Positions 10,364 through 24,407 of a DNA stretch of 64,000 nucleotides are shown piece by piece; positions within the stretch are counted from its first letter, which is position 1, and each line of letters opens with the position of its first letter. Both the position numbers and the translations under genes were made by a program. This DNA is from Nocardioidaceae bacterium (GTDB lineage Bacteria > Actinomycetota > Actinomycetes > Propionibacteriales > Nocardioidaceae), in assembly GCA_035699065.1 (NCBI GenBank), contig DASSBE010000194.1, forward strand, positions 34,985 to 98,984, in the 5' to 3' direction. The notes under the pieces are model-generated. The model was given only the letters and a program-made list of their open reading frames with translations, searched no databases and was not told the origin of the DNA.

Positions 10364-10427
10364 GGTCTGAACCGGGGCGCCTGTCGTCCCGACGGCACTG
10401 CTCGACGACCAGCAGGGAGTTCTCCAG

Positions 10428-11372
10428 ATGTCAGCCGAGGGCGGCACCAAGGCGGTCGTGGCGGCGTTGCTCGCCAACAGCGGCATCGCGATCCTGAAGT
10501 TCCTGGCCTGGCTCCTCACCGGGGCCTCCTCCATGCTCGCCGAGGCGATCCACTCCGTCGCCGACTCCGGGAACCAGGGGCTGCTGCTGCTCGGCGGGAA
10601 GCGTGCCACCCGGGAGGCCACCCCGCAGCACCCGTTCGGCTACGGGCGCGAGCGCTACATCTACTCCTTCATCGTCGCGATCGTGCTGTTCTCCGTCGGC
10701 GGGCTGTTCGCGCTGTACGAGGCCTACCACAAGTGGCACGAGATCCACGCAGGCCACCCCAACGAGCTTCTCGAGAGCCAGTGGTGGTGGGTGCCGATCG
10801 TCGTGCTCGTCGGCGCGATCGGGATGGAGAGCTTCTCCTTCCGGACCGCGATCGTCGAGGCGAACAAGGTCCGCGGCAAGGCGTCGTGGGCCGAGTTCAT
10901 CCGTCGCGCCAAGTCACCGGAGCTCCCGGTGATCCTGCTCGAGGACTTCGCAGCCCTGCTCGGCCTCACGTTCGCACTGGTAGGCATCGGGATGAGCCTG
11001 CTGACCGGGAACGGGTACTGGGACGTCGCGGGCACCGCCGGCATCGGAGTGCTGCTGGTGAGTGTCGCGGTCGTCCTCGCGCTCGAGACCAAGAGCCTGC
11101 TGCTGGGTGAGTCGGCCACCCCTGCGGTGCAGAGACGCATCTGCGACGCGCTCGAGTCCACCCCCGGCGTGGAGCGGGTGATCCACATGAAGACCCTGCA
11201 CCTCGGTCCCGAAGAGCTGCTCGTCGCGGTGAAGACCGGCGTGGCGCCCGACGCGTCCGCCGCGCAGGTGGCCTCCTGCATCGACGCCGCCGAGCGCGCC
11301 GTGCGCTCCGCGGAGCCGATGGCGCAGATCATCTACATCGAGCCGGACATCTACCGGGCGGACCACCGGTAG
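10428..11372 (+). CDS. Cation diffusion facilitator family transporter
   Basis: MLAEAIHSVADSGNQ, HPFGYGRERY, LLEDFAAL and a C-terminal IYIEPD. Confidence 0.92.
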   Translation: MSAEGGTKAVVAALLANSGIAILKFLAWLLTGASSMLAEAIHSVADSGNQGLLLLGGKRATREATPQHPFGYGRERYIYSFIVAIVLFSVGGLFALYEAYHKWHEIHAGHPNELLESQWWWVPIVVLVGAIGMESFSFRTAIVEANKVRGKASWAEFIRRAKSPELPVILLEDFAALLGLTFALVGIGMSLLTGNGYWDVAGTAGIGVLLVSVAVVLALETKSLLLGESATPAVQRRICDALESTPGVERVIHMKTLHLGPEELLVAVKTGVAPDASAAQVASCIDAAERAVRSAEPMAQIIYIEPDIYRADHR

Positions 11373-11417
11373 CCGACCGGTACGCTTGACACGCTGACCC
11401 CGAGATTGAGGATGTAC

Positions 11418-12848
<1,431 letters not shown>

Positions 12849-12884
12849 GCGGGACGTGCCGAGGGCACCCGGAGGGGGCGGACG

Positions 12885-13580
12885 ATGACGAACGCGGAGG
12901 CGACCAAGGGCAAGGTGCTCGTCGTCGACGACGACGCCGCCCTGGCGGAGATGCTCAGCATCGTGCTGCGCAACGAGGGTTTCGACTCGCGCGTGTGCCT
13001 CACCGGGGACCGGGCGCTCGGGGAGTTCCACGACTACCGGCCCGACGTCGTGCTGCTCGACCTGATGCTGCCCGGCAAGGACGGCATCGACGTGTGCAAG
13101 GAGATCCGCGCCGAGTCCGGCGTACCCATCGTCATGCTCACCGCGAAGAACGACACCGTCGACGTGGTGGTCGGGCTGGAGTCGGGCGCCGACGACTACG
13201 TGGTGAAGCCGTTCAAGCCCAAGGAGCTCGTCGCCAGGATCCGGGCACGGGTGCGTCGTTTCGACGAGCCCGGTCCTGAGTCGCTGACCATCGGTGATCT
13301 CGACATCGACGTGGCCGGCCACACCGTCATCCGCGGCGGCGAGGAGATCTCGCTGACCCCGCTCGAGTTCGACCTCCTGGTCTGCCTGGCCCGCCGGCCG
13401 TGGCAGGTCTTCACCCGTGAGGTGCTCCTGGAACAGGTCTGGGGCTACCGGCACGCCGCGGACACCCGGCTGGTCAACGTGCACGTCCAGCGTCTGCGCT
13501 CCAAGGTGGAGCACGACCCGGAGAACCCCGAGATCGTGGTCACCGTGCGCGGCGTCGGGTACCGAGCCGGCTCTCCCTAG
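12885..13580 (+). CDS. mtrA: Two-component response regulator MtrA
   Basis: OmpR family; VWGYRHAADTRLVNVHVQRLRSKVE signature. Confidence 0.96.
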   Translation: MTNAEATKGKVLVVDDDAALAEMLSIVLRNEGFDSRVCLTGDRALGEFHDYRPDVVLLDLMLPGKDGIDVCKEIRAESGVPIVMLTAKNDTVDVVVGLESGADDYVVKPFKPKELVARIRARVRRFDEPGPESLTIGDLDIDVAGHTVIRGGEEISLTPLEFDLLVCLARRPWQVFTREVLLEQVWGYRHAADTRLVNVHVQRLRSKVEHDPENPEIVVTVRGVGYRAGSP

Positions 13581-13594
13581 ACGCCGGGTCCGCC

Positions 13595-15241
13595 ATGAAC
13601 ACCGCAGGCCTCGTCCGTAGGGCCGTGACGATCTGGCGCCGGTCGATCCAGGCCCGGGTCGTGATCAGCACCCTGCTGCTGTCCGCCGTGGTGGTGAGCC
13701 TGGTCGGCTGGGTGCTGCTGCGCCAGGTCACCGACGGCCTGGTCTCGGCCAAGACGGAGTCAGCGGTCGGCGAGGCGAGCCGCGGGACCGTGGAGGCGCA
13801 GAGCCGGCTCACCTTCGCCAGCGGCACCGAGTTCGACCCCAGCGCCCAGCTCGACCAGGTCGTCGCGACCATCGTGGCGCGCGGTGACGTGCAGGGCTAC
13901 GACGTGGTCCTGACCGGCCCGATCGCCGGGTCCAGCGAGGGACTCGCCACCGGAAGCGGCACTCGCAACTCCCCGGGCCTGGCCACCGACAGCGTGCCGA
14001 CCGAGCTGCGCGACATCGTGGAGAACGGCGAGCCGGGAACGTCGTGGACCTACACCCGGATCCGCTACGAGAAGGACACCGGCCGGGCCGCCGTGCCCGG
14101 CATCGCCACCGGCTCACAGCTCACGCTGCCCTCCGACGGCGGGACCTACGCGCTCTACTACCTGTTCCCGATGACCCAGGAGGCAAAGACCCTGTCCCTG
14201 GTCCGCGGTGCCCTGCTCACCGGCGGAGCGCTGCTGCTGGTGCTGGTCGGCGGGCTCACCTGGCTGGTGACGCGGCAGGTGGTGACCCCGGTCCGGCTGG
14301 CCCGCCGGGTCGCCGAACGACTGGCGTCCGGTCGCCTCGAGGAGCGGATGCACGTGCGCGGTGAGGACGACATCGCCCGGCTGGGCACCTCGTTCAACCA
14401 GATGGCGGCCAGCCTGCAGAAACAGATCCGTCAGCTCGAGGAGCTCTCCCGGGTGCAGCGTCGCTTCGTCTCCGACGTCTCCCACGAGCTGCGCACCCCG
14501 CTGACCACGGTCCGGATGGCCGGCGACGTGCTGCACGACGCCCGGGACCGGTTCGACCCGGTGACCGCACGTTCTGCCGAGCTGCTGCAGAAGGAGCTCG
14601 ACAGGTTCGAGCTGCTGCTCACCGACCTGCTCGAGATCAGCAGGTTCGACGCGGGTGCGGCCGTGCTCGACCTCGAGGACGTCAACCTGGTCGACGTGGC
14701 GCACCGGGTCGCCGAGTCCACCCGGGCCCTCGCCGAGCGACGTGACACCCGGGTCGTGGTCCGGTCCGCGGACCGGCCGTGCGTGGCGGAGGTCGACGTA
14801 CGACGGGTGGAGCGGATCGTGCGCAACCTGGTCACGAACGCCATCGACTACGCCGACGGCACCGACGTCGTGATCTTCGTCGACTCCACCGACGAGGCGA
14901 CCGCCCTCGCGGTCCGCGACTACGGGCTCGGCCTGCGCCCGGGGGAGGCCGCCATGGTGTTCAACCGGTTCTGGCGCGCGGACCCCGCCCGCGCACGGAC
15001 CACCGGCGGGACCGGCCTCGGGCTGTCCATCTCCCTCGAGGACGCACACCTGCACGGCGGCTGGCTCCAGGCCTGGGGAGAGCCGGGGGGCGGTGCGCAG
15101 TTCCGGCTGACGCTGCCGCGCCGGGCAGGGGACACGATCACCAAGAGCCCGCTGCCGCTGGTCCCGAGCGACGCAGGCAGCAGCCCCGGCCCCGGCGACC
15201 GGTACGAGCAGGTCGACGACACCCGGGCGGGCACACCGTGA
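13595..15241 (+). CDS. mtrB: Sensor histidine kinase MtrB
   Basis: WRRSIQARVV, HAMP domain, SDVSHELRTPL and RFWRADPARARTTGGTGLGL. Confidence 0.95.
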   Translation: MNTAGLVRRAVTIWRRSIQARVVISTLLLSAVVVSLVGWVLLRQVTDGLVSAKTESAVGEASRGTVEAQSRLTFASGTEFDPSAQLDQVVATIVARGDVQGYDVVLTGPIAGSSEGLATGSGTRNSPGLATDSVPTELRDIVENGEPGTSWTYTRIRYEKDTGRAAVPGIATGSQLTLPSDGGTYALYYLFPMTQEAKTLSLVRGALLTGGALLLVLVGGLTWLVTRQVVTPVRLARRVAERLASGRLEERMHVRGEDDIARLGTSFNQMAASLQKQIRQLEELSRVQRRFVSDVSHELRTPLTTVRMAGDVLHDARDRFDPVTARSAELLQKELDRFELLLTDLLEISRFDAGAAVLDLEDVNLVDVAHRVAESTRALAERRDTRVVVRSADRPCVAEVDVRRVERIVRNLVTNAIDYADGTDVVIFVDSTDEATALAVRDYGLGLRPGEAAMVFNRFWRADPARARTTGGTGLGLSISLEDAHLHGGWLQAWGEPGGGAQFRLTLPRRAGDTITKSPLPLVPSDAGSSPGPGDRYEQVDDTRAGTP

Positions 15242-17019
15242 CCGGCCCGCGCGCGAGAGGGACCCTCCTGCTCGCGCTGTTGATGGCACTGGCGCTGAGC
15301 GGCTGCGTCAGCCTTCCGGACACCGGTCAGGTGCAGACCCGGGCCCGGCAGGCCCAGGAGTCCCAGAGCGACGCGCCCTTCGACTACACCCCCTCGGGTC
15401 CGCGACCGGGGGCGAGCCCGGTCGAGATCGTCGACGGCTTCCTGCAGGCGATGACCGCCACGCCGGTGACCATGCAGTATGCGGCGATGTTCCTCAGCGA
15501 CGAGGCACGCGGCAACTGGGAGCCCGAGAGCGGCACCGTGGTCTACGGCTCCGAGAGCCATGGGATGACCGGCCGGTCGGTGCGGGTCAGCCTCGGTGAG
15601 ACGATCCGGCTCGACGGCCGCGGCGAGTGGCTGGGAAACACCAGTGGCGGCAAGGACGTGGCCTACGACCTGGAGCTGGTCCGGGACAAGGGGCAGTGGC
15701 GGATCAGCAACCCGCCGAACCAGCTGATCATCCCGCAGGCCCACTTCGAGAGCCGGTTCCAGCAGTACTTCCTCTACTTCTTCGACAAGTCGGCGCAGGT
15801 GCTCGTGCCCGAGCCGGTCTACCTTCCGCGCGGGGAGACCGCTCCCACCGTGCTCGTCCGTGGCCTGCTCCAAGGACCGGACCAGGACCTGCTCGGCGCC
15901 GAGCGCACGTTCCTGCCGCCCGGGACCGAGCTGGAGGTCTCCGCCCCGGTCCAGCCGGACGGCACCGTCGTCGTACCGCTCAGCGACGAGGTCCTGGACC
16001 TCGACGGCGAGGACCTCGAGCACGCGCTGGGCCAGCTGGGCTGGACGCTGGGGCAGGTGCCGGGTGTGGAGCGCATGCGGATCACCGTCGACGGCTCCCC
16101 GCTGGACATCCTGGACCGGGGCGCCGAGCAGGACGTCCGTGCCTGGCCGGAGTACGACCCGTCGGTCAACTGGGCCTCCCAGGAGCTGTTCGGCATCCGT
16201 GACGGCCGTGTCGTGAACCTGGTGGGGGACGAGGAGCGACGGATCGCCGGACTGTTCGGCTCGGAGAGCTACGGCCTGCGCTCGATCGCCGTCGACCTCC
16301 CCGCGGAGCAGGTGGCGGGCGTGAGCGCGGACGGGACCACGGTGCTGACCGCGCCGCGATCGCGTGACGTCGGCGAGGTGCCCACCTCCGCCAGCGCGCA
16401 CGTCATGTACTCCGGGGGCACGGACGTGCTGAAGCCGGCCTGGGACCTGTACGGCCAGCTCTGGCTGGTGGACCGCACGTCGTCCGGCGCGGTGCTCAGC
16501 GTCGTCCGGAAGGGGAACGTCGAGACACTGAGCGTTCCCGGGATCACCGGTGAGGACATCACCGCCTTCGTGGTGTCCCGGGACGGCACCCGTCTGGTCG
16601 CGGCGGTCAACGACAAGTCGTCCGACCGGCTGGTGATCAGCCGGATCATGCGCACGGACCAGGGCGCCGTGCGCCGACTCACCCGGGCGACCGACCTGCC
16701 CGTGGGAGCGATCCAGGTCGACGAGATCCGGGACCTCGCCTGGCGGAGCCCGGGCAGCGTCGCCCTGCTGGCCGGCCCGATGCCCGGGCTCTCGCAGGTG
16801 ATCGTCGTCCTGATCGACGGTTCGTCGGCCCTCGGTGACGTCGCCAGCAACGCCGAGCTGTTCCGTGACGAGGCCCTGCACATCGTCACCTCACCGGTCC
16901 CAGGGGCGTCGCTGTACGTCGGCACCCGGAACGGGCAGCTGTTCCAGCTCGCGGCGAACGGACGGTGGACCGGGACGAGCATCAAGGGCGGCCTGGTGTC
17001 CCCGACGTTCGTCGGCTGA
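15238..17019 (+). CDS. lpqB: Lipoprotein LpqB (GerMN domain plus beta-propeller)
   Basis: Lipobox LSGC; GTGA overlap with mtrB; LYFFD..LVPEP and SRDGTR motifs. Confidence 0.92.
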   Translation: MTGPRARGTLLLALLMALALSGCVSLPDTGQVQTRARQAQESQSDAPFDYTPSGPRPGASPVEIVDGFLQAMTATPVTMQYAAMFLSDEARGNWEPESGTVVYGSESHGMTGRSVRVSLGETIRLDGRGEWLGNTSGGKDVAYDLELVRDKGQWRISNPPNQLIIPQAHFESRFQQYFLYFFDKSAQVLVPEPVYLPRGETAPTVLVRGLLQGPDQDLLGAERTFLPPGTELEVSAPVQPDGTVVVPLSDEVLDLDGEDLEHALGQLGWTLGQVPGVERMRITVDGSPLDILDRGAEQDVRAWPEYDPSVNWASQELFGIRDGRVVNLVGDEERRIAGLFGSESYGLRSIAVDLPAEQVAGVSADGTTVLTAPRSRDVGEVPTSASAHVMYSGGTDVLKPAWDLYGQLWLVDRTSSGAVLSVVRKGNVETLSVPGITGEDITAFVVSRDGTRLVAAVNDKSSDRLVISRIMRTDQGAVRRLTRATDLPVGAIQVDEIRDLAWRSPGSVALLAGPMPGLSQVIVVLIDGSSALGDVASNAELFRDEALHIVTSPVPGASLYVGTRNGQLFQLAANGRWTGTSIKGGLVSPTFVG

Positions 17020-17045
17020 GCTGTCCACAGGTCGTCGGGACACCC

Positions 17046-17073
17046 TTGACCACCGGCCGAGGTGCGCCATCGT
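17046..17073 (+). promoter_or_regulatory. Promoter for leaderless comF, with a DnaA-box-like site upstream (17020-17031)
   Basis: TTGACC, N16, CATCGT, then 6 nt to the GTG at 17080. Confidence 0.55.
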
Positions 17074-17079
17074 GGAGGT

Positions 17080-17835
17080 GTGCTCGACGCCTGTCTGGAC
17101 CTGATGCTGGGAAGCAGCTGCGCGGCGTGCGGACGCCCGGGACGGCTGCTGTGCGGCCGGTGTGCCGACGACCTTCCGCACGGCGCCACAGTGTGCTGGC
17201 CGACGCCGTGCCCGCCCGGGCTCGCCGAGCCGTTCGCGGCCGGGGAGTACGACGGACTCCTGAAGGTGCTGGTGAACGCGCACAAGGAGCGGGGCCAGTT
17301 CGCCCTGGCGCGCCCGCTCGGCACCCTCCTCGCCCACGCCGTGCTGGAGCTGATGAACCGCGCGGGCGGTGTCCGGGACGGTCAGCCGTGGCTGCTGGTG
17401 CCGGTGCCCTCGCGGGGGCCGGTGGTGCGCGCCCGTGGCCACGACCCGATGCTGCGGGTGACCCGGCACGCGGCCGGGGTGCTGCGGCGCTGGGGACGGC
17501 CGGCGCGGGTGACCGGTCTGCTGCGCAGTGTGAGCGTCGCCCGGGACCAGGCAGGCCTGCATGCCGAGGAGCGGGCGGTCAACCTGGCCGGCACGATGGC
17601 CGCCGGCGGTGGCGCCGGACGGGTGCGGCACAGGTGGCCGGACGCGTGGATCGTGGTGGCCGACGACGTGCTCACCACCGGGTCGACGGCACGTGAGGCG
17701 CAGCGTGCGCTGGAGCTGAGCGGTCTGCGGGTGGCCGGGATCGCCACCGTCGCGGCGACCCGGAGACGGTCCCGCGCGGTGCCGCGACCGGGAGATCGAG
17801 GGGTCTCCCTACCGTTTTCGGACAGAGGCGACTAG
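17080..17835 (+). CDS. comF: ComF family protein (Zn finger plus PRTase domain)
   Basis: CAAC..LCGRC, LVPVPS, RGHD, DQAGL..ER..NL and VADDVLTTGST. Confidence 0.92.
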   Translation: MLDACLDLMLGSSCAACGRPGRLLCGRCADDLPHGATVCWPTPCPPGLAEPFAAGEYDGLLKVLVNAHKERGQFALARPLGTLLAHAVLELMNRAGGVRDGQPWLLVPVPSRGPVVRARGHDPMLRVTRHAAGVLRRWGRPARVTGLLRSVSVARDQAGLHAEERAVNLAGTMAAGGGAGRVRHRWPDAWIVVADDVLTTGSTAREAQRALELSGLRVAGIATVAATRRRSRAVPRPGDRGVSLPFSDRGD

Positions 17836-17847
17836 CGTCTGCGTATG

Positions 17848-18152
17848 GAGTCCGTCCGGGTCCGTGGTTGCGTCGGCAGGTTCCTGTTGGGTCCTGAGAT
17901 TTTCAGGGCCGGCTGCCGGCTAGCCGAAGCCAGTCGCAGGCGAAACGGTCCACGTAAGGCGCCGCACGGGGGCTCCGCCCCCGTGTACCCCCCAGCGGGG
18001 CGCCGATCACGGTGCGGCTTAGACGTAAGTCCTGCCTCCCGCACGTCGCCAGATGCGGCGTGTCCGGGGGAGAAGGTCAGTAGTGGCAGAGAAGCTGCGA
18101 CCACCTCAGCAGGCGATTGTGGGGTCGAAGACCAGGTCGGCCGGACGGACTC
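17848..18152 (+). ncRNA. raiA-motif RNA
   Basis: Closing stem GAGTCCGTCCGG (17848-59) / CCGGACGGACTC (18141-52). Conserved cores GCCAGTCGCAGGCGAAACGGTCCACGTAAG, GGTGCGGCTTAGACGTAAGTCCTGCC, AGTAGTG and CAGCAGGCGATTGTGGGGTCGAAGACCAGGTC. Lies between comF and hpf/raiA, with -10 TAGCGT at 17833-38. Confidence 0.92.
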
Positions 18153-18218
18153 TCTTGTCTCACAGGATCGCCGGGCACGGAGGGCGATCAGTTCACCCCA
18201 ACCATCGGGAGGTCTGCC

Positions 18219-18842
18219 GTGGAGATCGTGGTCAGAAGTCGGCACTGCGAGGTGTCGGACCGGTTCCGCAGTCATGTCGAGGAGAAGCTCGGCCGGCTCG
18301 AGAAGCACGACCACCGCGTCATGCGCGTCGACGTCGAGGTGGACAAGGAGCGGAACCCGCGTCAGCACGACCGCGCCGTCCGCGTCCAGCTCACCGCGTT
18401 CTCGAAGGGCCCGGTGATCCGGGCCGAAGCTGCGGCGGAGGACAAGATGGCGGCACTCGACATGGCCTTGGACCGGATGGCCGGCCAGATGCGGCGGGCC
18501 TCCGACCGGCGCCGGGTGCACCGCGGCCGGCACACGCCGGTCTCGGTCGGGCAGGCGCTGGCCGGAGTCACCCCCGAGGCGAACGGCAGTGCTCCCGAGC
18601 AGGGTGCCGCCGAGGGGACCGAGCGCACCGTCGGCCCGATCACCGTGATGGGCGACGGCCCGCTCGTGGTCCGCGAGAAGCGCCACGAGGCCTCGCCGAT
18701 GACACTCGACCAGGCGCTGTACGAGATGGAGCTGGTCGGCCACGACTTCTTCCTGTTCGTCGACAAGGAGAGCGAGCGGCCGTCGGTCGTCTACCGCAGG
18801 CACGCGTACGACTACGGCGTGATCTCGCTCGACGTGTCCTGA
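18219..18842 (+). CDS. hpf: Ribosome hibernation promoting factor (long HPF/RaiA)
   Basis: VEIVVRSRH..EEKLGRLEK and a C-terminal PMTLDQALYEMELVGHDFFLF..SVVYRR; SD GGAGG. Confidence 0.95.
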   Translation: MEIVVRSRHCEVSDRFRSHVEEKLGRLEKHDHRVMRVDVEVDKERNPRQHDRAVRVQLTAFSKGPVIRAEAAAEDKMAALDMALDRMAGQMRRASDRRRVHRGRHTPVSVGQALAGVTPEANGSAPEQGAAEGTERTVGPITVMGDGPLVVREKRHEASPMTLDQALYEMELVGHDFFLFVDKESERPSVVYRRHAYDYGVISLDVS

Positions 18843-18911
18843 CCCGCCACCCTGGGGGATATGTCTGAAGATTCCGTCCACTGAGCCGCTGCCACGTGAC
18901 ATGATCGTCGG

Positions 18912-19601
18912 GTGGCAGTACCTCAGCAGCGCCTCAAGGCCGGTGGCGAGCCCATCCGTGTCGCGGTCGTCGACGACCAGGAGCTCTTCCGTCGTGGGCT
19001 CACCATGCTCCTGACGGTCGAGGACGACATCGAGGTGGTGGGTGAGGCCAGCGATGGCGTCGCCGCGACCGAGCTCTGCGCGACCGCCGTGCCCGACGTG
19101 GTGCTGATGGACGTCCGGATGCCCAAGCGTTCCGGGATCGAGGCCTGCCTGTCCATCAAGGAGGTCGCGCCCTCGGCGAAGATCATCATGCTCACCGTCA
19201 GCGACGAGGAGGGCGACCTGTACGACGCGGTGAAGAACGGCGCGTCCGGCTACCTGCTCAAGGACTCCTCGATCGACGAGGTGGCGCAGGCCATCCGGGT
19301 CGTGGCCGACGGGCAGTCGCTGATCAGCCCCTCGATGGCGGTCAAGCTGCTCGACGAGTTCAAGCAGATGTCGCGCTCGGACCGGCAGCAGGTGCCGAGC
19401 CCCAGGCTGACCGACCGGGAGCTCGAGGTGCTCAAGCTCGTCGCCCAGGGGCTCAACAACCGGGAGATCGCCAAGCGGCTGTTCATCAGCGAGAACACCG
19501 TCAAGAACCACGTCCGCAACATCTTGGAGAAGCTCCAGCTGCACTCCCGGATGGAGGCCGTCATGTACGCCGTGCGGGAGAAGCTGCTCGACATTCCGTG
19601 A
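18912..19601 (+). CDS. NarL/LuxR-family response regulator (orphan)
   Basis: VVDDQELFRRG, LMDVRMP and LTDRELEVL..NREIAKRLFISENTVKNH. Confidence 0.93.
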   Translation: MAVPQQRLKAGGEPIRVAVVDDQELFRRGLTMLLTVEDDIEVVGEASDGVAATELCATAVPDVVLMDVRMPKRSGIEACLSIKEVAPSAKIIMLTVSDEEGDLYDAVKNGASGYLLKDSSIDEVAQAIRVVADGQSLISPSMAVKLLDEFKQMSRSDRQQVPSPRLTDRELEVLKLVAQGLNNREIAKRLFISENTVKNHVRNILEKLQLHSRMEAVMYAVREKLLDIP

Positions 19602-20830
19602 CCTCACCCTCTCGGGACCGCACCCTCAGCCGCTCGCAGGCCCGGCGCGTCACGCTCGCCGCCCAGGGCTTTCTCGACCCGCGTCACCGCACGCCGACGA
19701 TGCGCACGCTGACGAGGGCGGTGGCACGCACGGGGGTGCTGCAGATCGACTCCGTCAACGTCCTGCAGCGCGCCCACTACATGCCGCTGTTCAGCCGGAT
19801 AGGTGCCTACGACCCGGCGCTCCTGCACCGAGCGGCCGGCCGGGCGCCACGACGGCTCGTCGAGTACTGGGCGCACGAGGCGGCCTTCATGCCGGTCGAT
19901 CTGTGGCCGCTGATGCAGCACCGGATGGCCCGCGCCCGGTCCGAGGCCTGGGGCGGACCCCGCCGGATCTTCGAGGAGAAGCCCGACCTGGTCGCCTGGG
20001 TGCTGGAGGAGGTCCGGCAACGCGGACCGGTCACCGCCCGCGGGATCGAGGGTGACCTGCCTCGCGCGAACAAGGACAACTGGGGGTGGAACTGGTCGGA
20101 GACCAAGCAGGCACTCGAGTTCCTGTTCTACGCCGGTGAGGTCTCCGTCGCCCGCCGCAACGCCGCCTTCGAGCGGTTGTACGACCTGCCCGAACGGGTG
20201 CTGCCCGCCGACGTGCTCGCGATGCCCACGCCGACCCAGGACCAGGCCCACGTGGAGCTGGTCCGCCGGGCCGCGGTGTCGCACGGGGTCGCCACCGAGA
20301 CGTGCCTGCGCGACTACTACCGGATGCGCCCGGACGCTGCCCGCGCGGCGATCGGCACCCTCGTCGAGGACGGGGAGCTGCTGCCGGTGGGCATCGAGGG
20401 GTGGCGCCGTCCGGCGTACCTGCACCGCGACGCGCGGCTGCCGCGAAGGGTCCGGGCCCGCGCGCTGCTCAGCCCGTTCGATCCGGTCGTGTGGGAGCGG
20501 GCCCGCGCCGAGCAGCTGTTCGGCTTCCGCTACCGGATCGAGATCTACGTCCCCGAGAAGCAGCGGGTGCACGGCTACTACGTGCTGCCGTTCCTGCTCG
20601 GTGAGGACCTCGTGGCGCGGGTGGACCTCAAGGCCGACCGGAAGTCCGGCGTACTCCAGGTCAAAGGGTCCTACGCGGAGCCACGGGCGCCGGAGGAGAC
20701 CCCGGCCGAGCTCGCCATGGAGCTCCACGCGCTGGCCGGCTGGCTGGATCTGGACACGGTGGCGGTGGAGCCTCGCGGCGACCTGGCCCCCGCGCTCGCG
20801 GTAGCGGTCAAGGAGCTGGCTGGTGCCTAG
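19598..20830 (+). CDS. YcaQ-like winged-helix DNA glycosylase (HTH_42 / AlkZ superfamily)
   Basis: LQIDSVNVLQRAHY (QxD), EYWAHEA, LLSPFDPVVW and YRIEIYVP..R.HGYYVLP. Confidence 0.88.
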   Translation: MTSPSRDRTLSRSQARRVTLAAQGFLDPRHRTPTMRTLTRAVARTGVLQIDSVNVLQRAHYMPLFSRIGAYDPALLHRAAGRAPRRLVEYWAHEAAFMPVDLWPLMQHRMARARSEAWGGPRRIFEEKPDLVAWVLEEVRQRGPVTARGIEGDLPRANKDNWGWNWSETKQALEFLFYAGEVSVARRNAAFERLYDLPERVLPADVLAMPTPTQDQAHVELVRRAAVSHGVATETCLRDYYRMRPDAARAAIGTLVEDGELLPVGIEGWRRPAYLHRDARLPRRVRARALLSPFDPVVWERARAEQLFGFRYRIEIYVPEKQRVHGYYVLPFLLGEDLVARVDLKADRKSGVLQVKGSYAEPRAPEETPAELAMELHALAGWLDLDTVAVEPRGDLAPALAVAVKELAGA

Positions 20831-21428
20831 CGCCGGGAGCCTGTGGACCCAGCTGCTGGTGTCCGGCCTGGGCTGGTTGCTCGCGGCCCTTCCCGCGGGT
20901 CAGCCGGCGGCCGAGCTGCACCACGTGCTGCCGGTCCGGGGCCCGGTCGACTACGGGAGCGTGCACCACGACTATCCCGCCACCGACATGTTCGCGGACT
21001 GCGGCAGCCCGGTGGTGGCACCGGTGGCCGGCGTGGTCCTCGAGGTGAGCCGGGCGGACGCGTGGGACCCGGTGACGAACCGCGGGGCTGCCCGCGGCGG
21101 CAAGTTCGTCGCGATCCGGGGTCTCGACGGGGTGCGGTACTACGGCAGCCATCTGGCACGAGTCGCACCCTCGGTCGAGCCGGGCGCCTTGGTGTACGCC
21201 GGACAACGGGTCGGCCGGGTGGGCCACACCGGCAGCGCCCGGTCCACACCGTGCCACCTGCACTTCGGGATCAGCCCGGCCTGCCGCGGCAGTGGGCAGT
21301 GGTGGATCCGCCGGGGGGTGGTCGGCCCCTACCGGTTCCTGGAACGGTGGCGCTCCGGTCGCCGCGGCTCACCCGCGGACGCGGTGGCGCGGTGGAGTCG
21401 GGAGCACGGTTGCCCGACCCGCCCCTGA
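20823..21428 (+). CDS. Secreted M23 family metallopeptidase
   Basis: HHDYPATD, YYGSHL and GHTGSA..CHLHFG. Confidence 0.85.
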   Translation: MPSAGSLWTQLLVSGLGWLLAALPAGQPAAELHHVLPVRGPVDYGSVHHDYPATDMFADCGSPVVAPVAGVVLEVSRADAWDPVTNRGAARGGKFVAIRGLDGVRYYGSHLARVAPSVEPGALVYAGQRVGRVGHTGSARSTPCHLHFGISPACRGSGQWWIRRGVVGPYRFLERWRSGRRGSPADAVARWSREHGCPTRP

Positions 21429-21557
21429 TCGCCGCGAGATCTTTGCGCGCTCGCTACCATGGCAGGGCGGCTCTTGCCGGGCCGTCCGCGGCTGTGCGCA
21501 TCCGCCGACCGCACCCATCGCCGACACATGTAGTCACACCACCAGGAGTCCACGCTC

Positions 21558-24392
<2,835 letters not shown>

Positions 24393-24407
24393 ACCGGGCC
24401 CGGCAGG

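Noticed and set aside
11373-11417. SAH riboswitch upstream of ahcY
   Set aside because: The gap is only 45 nt and lacks the GAGGAGCG...CGCTC-type core; 10364-10427 does not show it either.
17845-18417. 190-aa and 271-aa ORFs between comF and hpf
   Set aside because: The interval is explained by the raiA RNA and hpf; the translations show no protein-like features.
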